A stretch of 64,000 bases of DNA, taken from contig JAKLII010000011.1 of assembly GCA_022709695.1 (NCBI GenBank), forward strand, positions 41,620 to 105,619, written 5' to 3'. The first letter of the stretch is position 1. Every line of letters begins with the position of its first letter. The position numbers were made by a program, and so were the translations under genes. Under the pieces are notes generated by a model. It saw nothing but the letters and a program-made list of their open reading frames with translations, was not told the DNA's origin and did no database searches. This stretch comes from Bacteroidota bacterium. Its GTDB lineage: Bacteria > Bacteroidota > Bacteroidia > Bacteroidales > SKPS01. This document shows, in pieces, positions 10,453-19,224 of the stretch.

Positions 10453-11183
10453 ACCACCTCCTTATAGCCGAATTTCAGCTCCTCTGACGATGTTTTGATC
10501 ACCAGCAGGCCTTCGGTCGTTGTTCCGGTAATAGTGCCGGAAATCGGCCCGAATTGGCCTGTAAACCTACTTTCAACCCCTTTCATGTACAAATGCTCAT
10601 CGTACAGTTGATGGATCTTATCAAAACCTGTAATCAGGTCATTGGCAGATCTCTGCAGGCACTCGTGCAACAACCACCGGATTTCGTCCGGAGCATGTGC
10701 TTTTCCGGTTTCCATCAGAAAAGAGGTGGCATTGGTAAGGCTTGACGGGAATTGGTCTTCGTTTATATTGAGCCCTATTCCGATAATACTTTGCAGAATC
10801 CGGGAACCGGCGATTTTGTTCTCAATGAGGATGCCGGCGATCTTTTTATGATTGACCAGCAGGTCATTAGGCCATTTGATCTCAACGATATGTGGCTTTG
10901 GCAGAACTATGCTGACGCATTGCTGCAGGGCGAGGGCAACCATTCGGGAAAGATGGAACTGCAAATCAGGCGCAATATCGGGCTTGTTGATAATCAGGCT
11001 CATGAGCAGGTTGCAACTCCGGTTGCTGTGCCAGCTGTTCCGTCCGTGACCCCTTCCGGCAGTCTGGAAATCCGTTGTAATATAAAGCCCATGCTTCTGA
11101 ATCAGGAAAGAGCGATCCCTGATGAGATCATCAGCGAGCGTATTGGTGGATTTGCATTCCGGGGTGTGCAGCCGGTTCTGCAT
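10437..11183 (-). CDS. birA: Biotin--[acetyl-CoA-carboxylase] ligase (no HTH domain)
   Basis: STN, FQTAGRGHGRNSW and IKWPNDLLVNHKKIAGILIE motifs. Start is uncertain (11183 or 11201). Confidence 0.92.
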   Translation of the reverse strand: MQNRLHTPECKSTNTLADDLIRDRSFLIQKHGLYITTDFQTAGRGHGRNSWHSNRSCNLLMSLIINKPDIAPDLQFHLSRMVALALQQCVSIVLPKPHIVEIKWPNDLLVNHKKIAGILIENKIAGSRILQSIIGIGLNINEDQFPSSLTNATSFLMETGKAHAPDEIRWLLHECLQRSANDLITGFDKIHQLYDEHLYMKGVESRFTGQFGPISGTITGTTTEGLLVIKTSSEELKFGYKEVVYPGW

Positions 11184-11237
11184 TGAAGGGAGATATACCA
11201 TTGGGTTGAAAGATCAGTGCTGGTATGTCAAAATTAG

Positions 11238-11245
11238 TAATTTTG
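11238..11245 (+). promoter_or_regulatory. -7 box for the rsfS-ftsH operon
   Basis: TAATTTTG, 15 nt upstream of the rsfS ATG. Confidence 0.6.
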
Positions 11246-11260
11246 CCGTAAAGTTAAAAG

Positions 11261-11653
11261 ATGCGCAGAAAACAGACCCCACAGATTCCGGAGAAGCCTG
11301 CAGTTACAGCGGAAATGCTCGCTGGCACCATAGCAGAAGCCATGTCGGCAAAAAAAGGCGTAGACATTTTAATCCTGGATATGCGCAGATTGCCGAACAG
11401 AGTAGCTGAGTTTTTTGTTATATGCGGAGCAACATCGGTTACACAGGCAGAGGCATTGGCAGATCATATAGAAGTATTTGCAAGAGCTGAGTGCGGAATG
11501 AAACCGGTACATGTGGAAGGACTTCAGCAGCGGCAGTGGGTATTGCTCGACTATTTCGATGTAGTGGCACATATCTTTACCGGGCCATCCCGCTCCTTTT
11601 TCAGGCTGGAAGAGTTGTGGGCAGATGCTGAAGTAACGAGGATGGAAGCGTAA
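11261..11653 (+). CDS. rsfS: Ribosome silencing factor
   Basis: KKGVDILILDMR...FFVICGATS...WVLLDYFDVVAHIF...RLEELWAD. Confidence 0.95.
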   Translation: MRRKQTPQIPEKPAVTAEMLAGTIAEAMSAKKGVDILILDMRRLPNRVAEFFVICGATSVTQAEALADHIEVFARAECGMKPVHVEGLQQRQWVLLDYFDVVAHIFTGPSRSFFRLEELWADAEVTRMEA

Positions 11654-11667
11654 CAAGAATCATTAAT

Positions 11668-13848
11668 GTGAAAATGGAAAAAAACGGGAATGAAAAGCCG
11701 GATCCCAGATCCGGAAATGGAAATACAACAAAGAACAAGAGATTGTTCTGGATCTATGGTATCATTGTATTTGCACTGCTGATCCTGACCTCCATCAGGT
11801 GGGGCGGAGAACTGAAGGAGATCACATGGCTTGAGTTTGAACGGGAGATGTTGCTGAAGCATCATGTGGAAAAGGTTGTGGTGGTTAACCAGAAAACGGT
11901 GGAGGTATATATCCGGAAAGACAGCCTGAAAAACCCCCTCCATTCGGAGAAATACAAGGTGAATAAGCGTGGATTCAACGATGCTGACAATCCGGGTCCC
12001 CATTATTCACTGCCTGTGGTTACCATTGAGCAGTTTGAAAAACGTTTCGATGCGTTGCAGGAGAAATTGCTGGCACAGGATACCACCGGGCTTTGGCAGC
12101 GGATGCAGCGTGATTCCGCCAGTTTCAGCGAGCAGCTGTACCGCGATTCGGTTGAGCAGGTTCGTTCCAATGTGAACGTTCCGGTTACCATCGAGGAACG
12201 GCGTGACTGGGGAAGGGAGCTGAGCTGGCTGATCCCTCTGGTGCTGGTTGTGGTTGTCTGGATCTTTCTGATGCGGATGATGGGCAGGGGAGGCCCTGGC
12301 GGAGGCCAGATTTTCAACATCGGAAAATCCAAGGCACAGCTGTTCGATCGCGACACGATGGTGAAAGTAAATTTTTCCGATGTGGCAGGGTTGGAAGAAG
12401 CCAAAGTGGAGATCATGGAGATTGTGGATTTTCTGAAAAACCCCAAGCGCTATACCAATCTCGGAGGCAAGATTCCCAAAGGGGCACTTCTGGTGGGCCC
12501 TCCGGGTACAGGAAAAACCCTCCTGGCAAAAGCAGTGGCAGGTGAAGCACAGGTACCCTTCTTTTCCATTTCAGGGTCCGATTTTGTGGAGATGTTTGTG
12601 GGTGTCGGTGCCTCAAGGGTTCGCGACCTGTTCAGGCAGGCAAAGGAAAAATCTCCCTGTATCATCTTTATTGATGAGATTGACGCCATTGGCCGGGCAC
12701 GTGGAAAAAATGCCATCACAGGAGCCAATGATGAACGGGAGAATACCCTGAATCAGCTTCTTACCGAAATGGATGGTTTTTCCACCAATTCCGGTGTGAT
12801 CATTCTGGCTGCCACCAACCGTGCCGACATTCTCGACCGGGCGTTGCTCAGGGCAGGGCGTTTCGACCGGCAGATTCATGTAGAGCTGCCGGACCTGGTA
12901 GAGCGGAATGCCATTTTCAGGGTGCATATGAAGCCTTTAAAAGTGCATGAAGATGTTTCTGTGGATTTCCTGGCCCGTCAGACCCCCGGTTTTTCAGGAG
13001 CAGACATTGCCAATGTGTGCAACGAATCCGCGCTGATTGCAGCCCGTAAAGGGAAGCAGATCATTGAGAAACAGGATTTCATGGATGCCATCGACCGGAT
13101 CATCGGAGGACTGGAGAAGCGCAATAAAATCATTTCAAAAGGCGAAAAGCGGGTGATAGCTTTTCACGAAGCCGGCCATGCGGCAATCAGCTGGCTGGTG
13201 GAACATGCCAATCCGCTCGTTAAGGTCACCATCATTCCGCGTGGCAAAGCGCTGGGTGCTGCCTGGTATCTGCCTGAAGAACGGCAGATCACCACTTTTG
13301 AGCAGATGATCGATGAGATCACTGCAGCGCTGGGTGGCAGGGCTGCGGAGGAGGTTGTATTTGGGAAAGTGTCCACCGGGGCACTCAACGACCTGGAAAA
13401 AGTGACCAAACAGGCCTATGCCATGGTGGCGTGGTTCGGATTAAACCGGGAGATCGGCAATATCTCCTACTACGACAGCACCGGGCAGCAGGAATACAGT
13501 TTTAACCGCCCATACAGTGAAAAAACAGCTGAAGCGATCGACCGTGAAGTGAAGAACCTGGTGGAGTCGGCTTATGCAAGGGCATTGGAAATCCTCAGGG
13601 AAAACCGTGCGAACCTGGAGAAGCTGGCAGAGGTGCTGCTTGAGAAGGAGGTGATTTTCAGTGAAGATCTTGAGCGTATTTTTGGGAAAAGCCGCTATCA
13701 GCGTGAAAAAGAAGAGACCCCGCAGGAAATCAACGGAAACGGAGACAGGCCGGTAAACAACCCCGAAACCGGAGGCATTGAACCTAAAAGTATTACATCC
13801 GCTCCGGAGGATCATGAAAATTCTCCGGAACCGGATAATGGCCAATAA
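11668..13848 (+). CDS. ftsH: ATP-dependent zinc metalloprotease FtsH
   Basis: Two TM helices, Walker A GPPGTGKT, Walker B IIFIDEID and the HEAGH zinc motif. Confidence 0.98.
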   Translation: MKMEKNGNEKPDPRSGNGNTTKNKRLFWIYGIIVFALLILTSIRWGGELKEITWLEFEREMLLKHHVEKVVVVNQKTVEVYIRKDSLKNPLHSEKYKVNKRGFNDADNPGPHYSLPVVTIEQFEKRFDALQEKLLAQDTTGLWQRMQRDSASFSEQLYRDSVEQVRSNVNVPVTIEERRDWGRELSWLIPLVLVVVVWIFLMRMMGRGGPGGGQIFNIGKSKAQLFDRDTMVKVNFSDVAGLEEAKVEIMEIVDFLKNPKRYTNLGGKIPKGALLVGPPGTGKTLLAKAVAGEAQVPFFSISGSDFVEMFVGVGASRVRDLFRQAKEKSPCIIFIDEIDAIGRARGKNAITGANDERENTLNQLLTEMDGFSTNSGVIILAATNRADILDRALLRAGRFDRQIHVELPDLVERNAIFRVHMKPLKVHEDVSVDFLARQTPGFSGADIANVCNESALIAARKGKQIIEKQDFMDAIDRIIGGLEKRNKIISKGEKRVIAFHEAGHAAISWLVEHANPLVKVTIIPRGKALGAAWYLPEERQITTFEQMIDEITAALGGRAAEEVVFGKVSTGALNDLEKVTKQAYAMVAWFGLNREIGNISYYDSTGQQEYSFNRPYSEKTAEAIDREVKNLVESAYARALEILRENRANLEKLAEVLLEKEVIFSEDLERIFGKSRYQREKEETPQEINGNGDRPVNNPETGGIEPKSITSAPEDHENSPEPDNGQ

Positions 13849-13857
13849 ACCTTCCTC

Positions 13858-14529
13858 ATGAAAGAGACTACCCCCCGGGAAAAGGTGCTGAAAAACATCA
13901 GGAATGCCCTGATGCATAAAAACGAGAACCCCTTTCTCGATGCACAGATCCATGCCGACATGTATGCACCGGTGGATTCCGTTACGGATGTGGCTTTTGC
14001 CCAGTCATTTACTGCAGCAGGAGGTGTTTTTTTCTATTGTGAGGATGAAAAAGCGATGGTAATGCAGCTCGCTACCCTTGCCCGTGAACGTAACTGGAAA
14101 TCTGTTTTTACCTTTATCCCTGAACTTGTTGATATTCTGAATCTGATAAAGCTGAATCCTGTAAGCGATCCTGCCCTGCCTGACGAATTGCAGGCGGGAA
14201 TCACCTTCTGCGAATCGCTGATCGCCCGTACCGGAACCATCGTTGTGTCGTCCTTTGCCAGCAGCGGCAGGCGTATGGTGGTCCATCCCGAGGCGCATAT
14301 CGTGATCGGATACGCTTCGCAGGTTGTCCAGGATATCCAGCATGCCCTTGATGATCTTAAAAACCGTTACGGGGATGCACTCCCTTCGTTCATCTCCCTG
14401 ATTACCGGACCCAGCCGGACTGCAGATATTGAGAAAACTCTTGTGATGGGTGCACATGGCCCCAGAGAGCTTATGCTGTTTTTTATTGATGATCGCCCTG
14501 ACCGGGAGGAAGAATCCGCCCATCCGTGA
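13858..14529 (+). CDS. LUD domain (LutC/YkgG-like) protein
   Basis: ITGPSRTADIEKTLVMGAHGP. Confidence 0.88.
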   Translation: MKETTPREKVLKNIRNALMHKNENPFLDAQIHADMYAPVDSVTDVAFAQSFTAAGGVFFYCEDEKAMVMQLATLARERNWKSVFTFIPELVDILNLIKLNPVSDPALPDELQAGITFCESLIARTGTIVVSSFASSGRRMVVHPEAHIVIGYASQVVQDIQHALDDLKNRYGDALPSFISLITGPSRTADIEKTLVMGAHGPRELMLFFIDDRPDREEESAHP

Positions 14530-15203
14530 AAACCTTGTTTATCAGATCTCTGAGCGGGTTGGTGTATGTGGCCTCACTGCTGATCCCACTGTTGTTTGTT
14601 TACCCGTTGTGGCCGTGGGTATTGCTGGTGTATGCGGGGTTTATCATGCAGGAGGTTTACAGCCTGAGCCGGAAAGCCGGTTTGCCGTTATCGGGCCTTG
14701 CCGGAAGTGTTACCCTGAGTATCGGGTGGGGTGCTGTTCCGCTGATTCTGCTGGGATTCCTGCCAGATCTTTATGATTCAGGGATTTGTGGGCAAGACGA
14801 TCGGGAATTTGTACTGTCAATGCTGGTACTTGTCTGGACCTCCGACACCTTTGCGTATCTGACAGGAAAGTTCCTGGGAAGGCACAAGCTCGCCCCCAAA
14901 ATCTCCCCTTTGAAAACAATAGAAGGGTTTTTGGGAGGGATGGTATTTTCCTCCCTTGCAGCAATTTTGCTGGCAATGTTTCTGCTGCCTGAGGTACAGG
15001 TTTGGTTTTGGCCGGCAGCTGTGTTGCTGGTTACAGTTGCGGGCACCACGGGTGATCTTTTACAGTCGTGGTTGAAACGCAGGGCAGGGGTTAAGGATTC
15101 CGGCAGGCTCATGCCCGGCCATGGAGGTTTTTTCGATCGCTTCGACAGCCTCCTGCTGGTCATTCCTTTCTGGCTGCTGCTTATGGCATTAACCTGTAGC
15201 TGA
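14526..15203 (+). CDS. cdsA: Phosphatidate cytidylyltransferase
   Basis: SDTFAYLTG...KISPLKTIEG and KDSGRLMPGHGGFFDRFDS. The GTG start overlaps the upstream stop. Confidence 0.93.
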   Translation: MKTLFIRSLSGLVYVASLLIPLLFVYPLWPWVLLVYAGFIMQEVYSLSRKAGLPLSGLAGSVTLSIGWGAVPLILLGFLPDLYDSGICGQDDREFVLSMLVLVWTSDTFAYLTGKFLGRHKLAPKISPLKTIEGFLGGMVFSSLAAILLAMFLLPEVQVWFWPAAVLLVTVAGTTGDLLQSWLKRRAGVKDSGRLMPGHGGFFDRFDSLLLVIPFWLLLMALTCS

Positions 15204-15251
15204 AATCCTTCTGTTTCAGTTGTTTATGTGAGGTGAAATGCCGGTACCCGG

Positions 15252-15782
15252 TTATCTGAAAAATGAGAAATGTACTTTCCCGTAATGCCGCAGTTCCCTG
15301 AAATGTTTGTGGGGGCTGAAATCATATGTGCGGCCGTGTTCCAGGATAAACCATCCGTCAGGTGCAACGATCTGGTGGTCAAAGACCAGATCGGGCAGCG
15401 CAGCTATGCCCGGGTGGTCATAGGGTGGATCTGCAAAAATGATATCTGCTTTATGCATGGTTGATTTCAGAAACCTGAACGCATCTCCCCTGATCACTGA
15501 CAACGTGTTCATCCCCAACTGTTCTGCCGTGTTTTTAATGAACATGACACATCTGGGGTTCTCTTCCACTACAATCACTTTTGAGGCTCCCCTGCTGCAA
15601 AATTCGTAGGAGATGAAACCGGTGCCCCCAAAGAGGTCAATTACGATAGCTCCTTCAGTTTCGGCGCGGGTTTGCAGGAGGTTGAACAGTGCCTCGCGGG
15701 CCATGTCGGTGGTGGGCCTTACAGGCAGGTTTCCCGGCGGAGTTACCCGTCGTCCTCCGAATGTCCCGCCAATGATCCTCAA
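15252..15782 (-). CDS. rsmD: 16S rRNA m2G966 methyltransferase
   Basis: RPTTDMAREALFN, DLFGGTG and DPPY motifs. Confidence 0.93.
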   Translation of the reverse strand: MRIIGGTFGGRRVTPPGNLPVRPTTDMAREALFNLLQTRAETEGAIVIDLFGGTGFISYEFCSRGASKVIVVEENPRCVMFIKNTAEQLGMNTLSVIRGDAFRFLKSTMHKADIIFADPPYDHPGIAALPDLVFDHQIVAPDGWFILEHGRTYDFSPHKHFRELRHYGKVHFSFFR

Positions 15783-16639
15783 AATACAGGCTGTAAGATA
15801 TCGGCAAACAGATTCCGGTTAAAGCCGGCCGGAGCATCAGGCCATTTGTCAGGCGGCAGGGGGACCACAGAGGGGGTAGCCCCGAAGTATGTAAGGGCCC
15901 TGCTGATTTTTTCCATCAGGTCAGGGTCGGTTCCGGCATATACAAACACATGGTTTTTCAGGGCTGCTTCTGCGACCCGGGAAATACCCGCCAGAAAATA
16001 CCTGATCTCTTCAGTGGTCTCCGCCGGGAAAGTGTTGTGCAGCACCAGCGTTCCCGATTTCCATACCCTCACGAACATTTGCCGGTCACTAGGCATCAGA
16101 TCAATAATCGGATCCGGATTTTGGCCGGTGTTGTTGACGGGATCCGGCGTCCTGAAGGAGAACGGGTGGGTGAGTAAAATATCGGATGCAATGGATTGGA
16201 GCCGGTTATACTCCATAAGCGGGAAGGGGAATACCACCCTGTTGCCGGAAATGGCATGAGTTGGGCAAATGAGGGTATGGTGTTCAGGTACAGGGCCAAA
16301 TGTGAGGGAATACCATTTTTCTGCATCCTCATCAGTGGTCATGAGATCGGCCGGGATCAGGGTTGCTTCCTTTTTCCAAACGATGCCTTTGACTGAGGCC
16401 AGGGGAATATTCCTTTGGGATACATTGGAGAGCCAGCGGAAAAAGGTTGCAAGGGAATAAAAACCATCGCGGATGCCCGAAGCTTGCTGTGACAGGAGAA
16501 TTTTCCCACCGGCAACTTCAGAAACCAGGTAATGGAAATGGCTTGGGCCTGCAGAAAAAGCTACTTCAACACCCTCATGCGGGAATTCTGTGAATCCGGG
16601 GTGCAGAAAGGCTTCATCAGCAGGGAAAGGGAGAATCAT
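15779..16639 (-). CDS. DUF3822-like protein
   Basis: TLIPADL and L.LHNTF....EEIRYFL, in the typical position upstream of rsmD in Bacteroidota. Confidence 0.65.
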   Translation of the reverse strand: MILPFPADEAFLHPGFTEFPHEGVEVAFSAGPSHFHYLVSEVAGGKILLSQQASGIRDGFYSLATFFRWLSNVSQRNIPLASVKGIVWKKEATLIPADLMTTDEDAEKWYSLTFGPVPEHHTLICPTHAISGNRVVFPFPLMEYNRLQSIASDILLTHPFSFRTPDPVNNTGQNPDPIIDLMPSDRQMFVRVWKSGTLVLHNTFPAETTEEIRYFLAGISRVAEAALKNHVFVYAGTDPDLMEKISRALTYFGATPSVVPLPPDKWPDAPAGFNRNLFADILQPVF

Positions 16640-16652
16640 TCCGGGTCAGTGA

Positions 16653-17450
16653 TTATTCCCAGTTGCCGTCAATAATGGGCTCAGAAAGGGAGCCAACCTG
16701 CAGGGAAATCACTTTGTCCTGTTTGATATACTCTTCTTTCAGCCCCTGAAGGTAAATATTTTTATCAGCAACCACCTCAAACACAGGCACCATGATCCCG
16801 CTCCGGTTTATCATATCGGCTTTCATTGAGAAAGTAGTTCTCGGATTTGAGTATGGGATATAGGGCAGGTTGGCAGGATTGAAGTTATATACATTCTTAA
16901 AAATCGAATCCTTCACATTCTTATACGTGGTATCAATGATGATATAGCCTCTCCGGATCAGTTCTGTCTCCGGAAGGGAATCACGGAGCAGCAATGGGGT
17001 GTTGTTCACCTTCCTGAGCAGTTTTAGCTTGCCATTGTTGATAAAATTGATCAGTGTATCGAAATCGCCGGTGTATCTCTTGTGTACACTTTTATAGGCT
17101 TCCTGGGCATCACGGATGTGGATCAGCTTCTCTTTAATAAGCTCACTCCGGCGTTTGTATTCGTTTTCGAACTTAATGGGCTCATTGATGGAACTGAAAC
17201 TCAACCAGAACATCACCAGGGTCAGGGGCAGCAAAGCCAGCATCAGAATTTTGTACAACCCCAGCGGAAGGCGGTTGTAACCGATCATAATCAACAGGGT
17301 TATGGTCCCAACCAGAATAAGGCCCAGTCCACCCAGAAGGAAATAGATGGTCTGTGAATTCAGGATACCAAATATAACTACAAGCAATCCCAGGCCAACA
17401 AAAACGGCCGGAAATAAAATCTTGAAAATCAAATCCTTGATGGTATTCAT
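16653..17450 (-). CDS. Conserved Bacteroidota membrane-anchored hypothetical protein
   Basis: Three N-terminal hydrophobic helices, then PIKFE...LIHIRDAQEAYK...YTGDFDTL, ending VGSLSEPIIDGNWE. Confidence 0.75.
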   Translation of the reverse strand: MNTIKDLIFKILFPAVFVGLGLLVVIFGILNSQTIYFLLGGLGLILVGTITLLIMIGYNRLPLGLYKILMLALLPLTLVMFWLSFSSINEPIKFENEYKRRSELIKEKLIHIRDAQEAYKSVHKRYTGDFDTLINFINNGKLKLLRKVNNTPLLLRDSLPETELIRRGYIIIDTTYKNVKDSIFKNVYNFNPANLPYIPYSNPRTTFSMKADMINRSGIMVPVFEVVADKNIYLQGLKEEYIKQDKVISLQVGSLSEPIIDGNWE

Positions 17451-17503
17451 CTTTGTAAGTTTAGATTTATGAACGATTGGACCAGCAGCTTATTACTGTG
17501 CTG

Positions 17504-17511
17504 CAAAAGTA
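17504..17511 (-). promoter_or_regulatory. -7 box for the 16653..17450 operon
   Basis: TACTTTTG(CA) on the minus strand. Confidence 0.55.
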
Positions 17512-17591
17512 AAAAATTATCCACATCCATCATGAAATAAACTTAAAGAACAGGAATGTTTGAAGTGATTGTGATGAACCTGTCTTTTCGG

Positions 17592-18041
17592 TCAGCTTTT
17601 CCATAATGGGAGCGAAGAAATGGTTTTGGTGTTTCCTGTTTCAAAGTCAATGGATGCTGCATAATGGGTAATGCCGTTGGTAACAAAGACTACAGGCACC
17701 CGGAAGGCAAGGTTATACCGTGCTGCCTGTTCAAGAACTTTCATGTCCATTTTCACGGATGGTGCCTTGCATTCCACCAGGATCGCCGGTTTTAAATGGT
17801 GGTCGTACACAACAATATCGGCACGTTTTGCCAGCCGGTTCACTTTCAGGCTGCATTCAATGGCCATATGTGAAAGCGGGTAGCCAAGATTTTCGGAAAG
17901 ATACCGGATTACATGCTGCCTGACCCATTCCTCAGGGGTTGCCACAACCCATTTTTTCCGGACAGGATCAAACAGGTGGGGTTTGTTCCGGAGTTGTACA
18001 ACCTCAGGTTCGTACGGAGGAAAATTCAATACAGGGTACAT
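17592..18041 (-). CDS. Stand-alone HsdR N-terminal (PD-(D/E)XK-like) domain protein
   Basis: FDPVRKKWVVATPEEWVRQH...RADIVVY...LVECKAP...QAARYN. Confidence 0.88.
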   Translation of the reverse strand: MYPVLNFPPYEPEVVQLRNKPHLFDPVRKKWVVATPEEWVRQHVIRYLSENLGYPLSHMAIECSLKVNRLAKRADIVVYDHHLKPAILVECKAPSVKMDMKVLEQAARYNLAFRVPVVFVTNGITHYAASIDFETGNTKTISSLPLWKS

Positions 18042-18045
18042 GTAG

Positions 18046-18053
18046 CGAAAGTA
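18046..18053 (-). promoter_or_regulatory. Variant -7 box, 4 nt before the HsdR_N ATG
   Basis: TACTTTCG-CTAC-ATG on the minus strand. Confidence 0.45.
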
Positions 18054-18176
18054 GGACTTTTTACAATGAACTGAAAAATCCGCTGAAGCTATACAGGGTG
18101 ATTGGCACAGGTAAGGAAAAAATTGGTAGGTTTGCCATGCGGTACATCCTTATGAGGTATCGGGTATCCAGGAAAT

Positions 18177-19181
18177 ATGTCGGACTATTTGCGCATCATA
18201 CAACAAATCAAAAGCCGGGTTTTACGTCCGGTATATCTTCTGTTCGGAGAGGAGCCATACTACATTGATCTGATTGCAGAAGCAGTGGAGGCCAGTGTGC
18301 TTGATGAGAGCGAAAAAGAGTTCAACCAGCAAATCTTCTATGGCTACGATACCGAAGCAAAGCAGGTGATTGCAGCAGCAAAGAGGTACCCGATGATGGC
18401 CAACCACCAGGTGGTAATCGTGAGGGAAGCGCACATGATGAAGGACTTCGAACAGCTGCAGCCCTATTTCGAATCACCTCAGCCGAGTACTGTGCTGGTG
18501 GTTTGCTATAAATACAAGAAAATCGACAAGCGCAAGGCTATCTACAAGGCAGCTGAGCGCACTGGAATAGCCTATGAGTCGGCAAAGCTGCGCGATTATC
18601 AGCTGCCCGGCTGGATTGCCGGTGCAGCCAGGGAGAAGGGATACCGGATTCAGGACCGGGAGGCACTTTTACTTGCAGAAAATCTTGGCAACGACCTGAT
18701 GAAGATCAGCAATGAGCTTGAAAAGCTGTGCCTTTCCATCCCTCAGGGTGCTGTGATTACACCCGATATCATTGAGCGGAATATTGGGATCAGTAAGGAA
18801 TATAATTTTTTCGAGCTGCAATCTGCCATTGCCAGAAAAGATGTAACCAAAGCCACCAGAATCGCACTTCACATGGCTGAAAACCCAAAGGAGAGTCCAC
18901 TCATCGGAATCATTGCCGTGCTGTACGCTTTCTTCAGCAAGCTGCTCAAGCTCCATTTTGCAGACCCCAAAGCCTCTCAGCAGGCTTTGGCATCACAGCT
19001 GGGGGTACATCCCTTTTTTCTGACTGAGTACAAGGAAGCTGCCAGGCATTTCCCGGCCCGGAAAAATGTTGAAATTATTGAACTGCTCAGGACCTATGAT
19101 CTGAAGGCAAAAGGGCTTGATGCGGGCATAGCTTCCCCGTCGGCACTGCTCAGGGAGCTTGTGTTCAGGATCCTGCACTGA
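18177..19181 (+). CDS. holA: DNA polymerase III subunit delta
   Basis: PVYLLFGEEPYYID...EKEFNQQIFYG...GISKEYNFFELQ. Confidence 0.95.
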   Translation: MSDYLRIIQQIKSRVLRPVYLLFGEEPYYIDLIAEAVEASVLDESEKEFNQQIFYGYDTEAKQVIAAAKRYPMMANHQVVIVREAHMMKDFEQLQPYFESPQPSTVLVVCYKYKKIDKRKAIYKAAERTGIAYESAKLRDYQLPGWIAGAAREKGYRIQDREALLLAENLGNDLMKISNELEKLCLSIPQGAVITPDIIERNIGISKEYNFFELQSAIARKDVTKATRIALHMAENPKESPLIGIIAVLYAFFSKLLKLHFADPKASQQALASQLGVHPFFLTEYKEAARHFPARKNVEIIELLRTYDLKAKGLDAGIASPSALLRELVFRILH

Positions 19182-19224
19182 CCGTTACCTGATTCATAAC
19201 CCCCTTTGCTGGGTTTGAACCCCT

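Noticed and set aside
17592-18041. Type I restriction-modification defence locus
   Set aside because: Only the stand-alone HsdR_N domain is present, with no helicase, hsdM or hsdS, and it sits in a housekeeping context next to holA.
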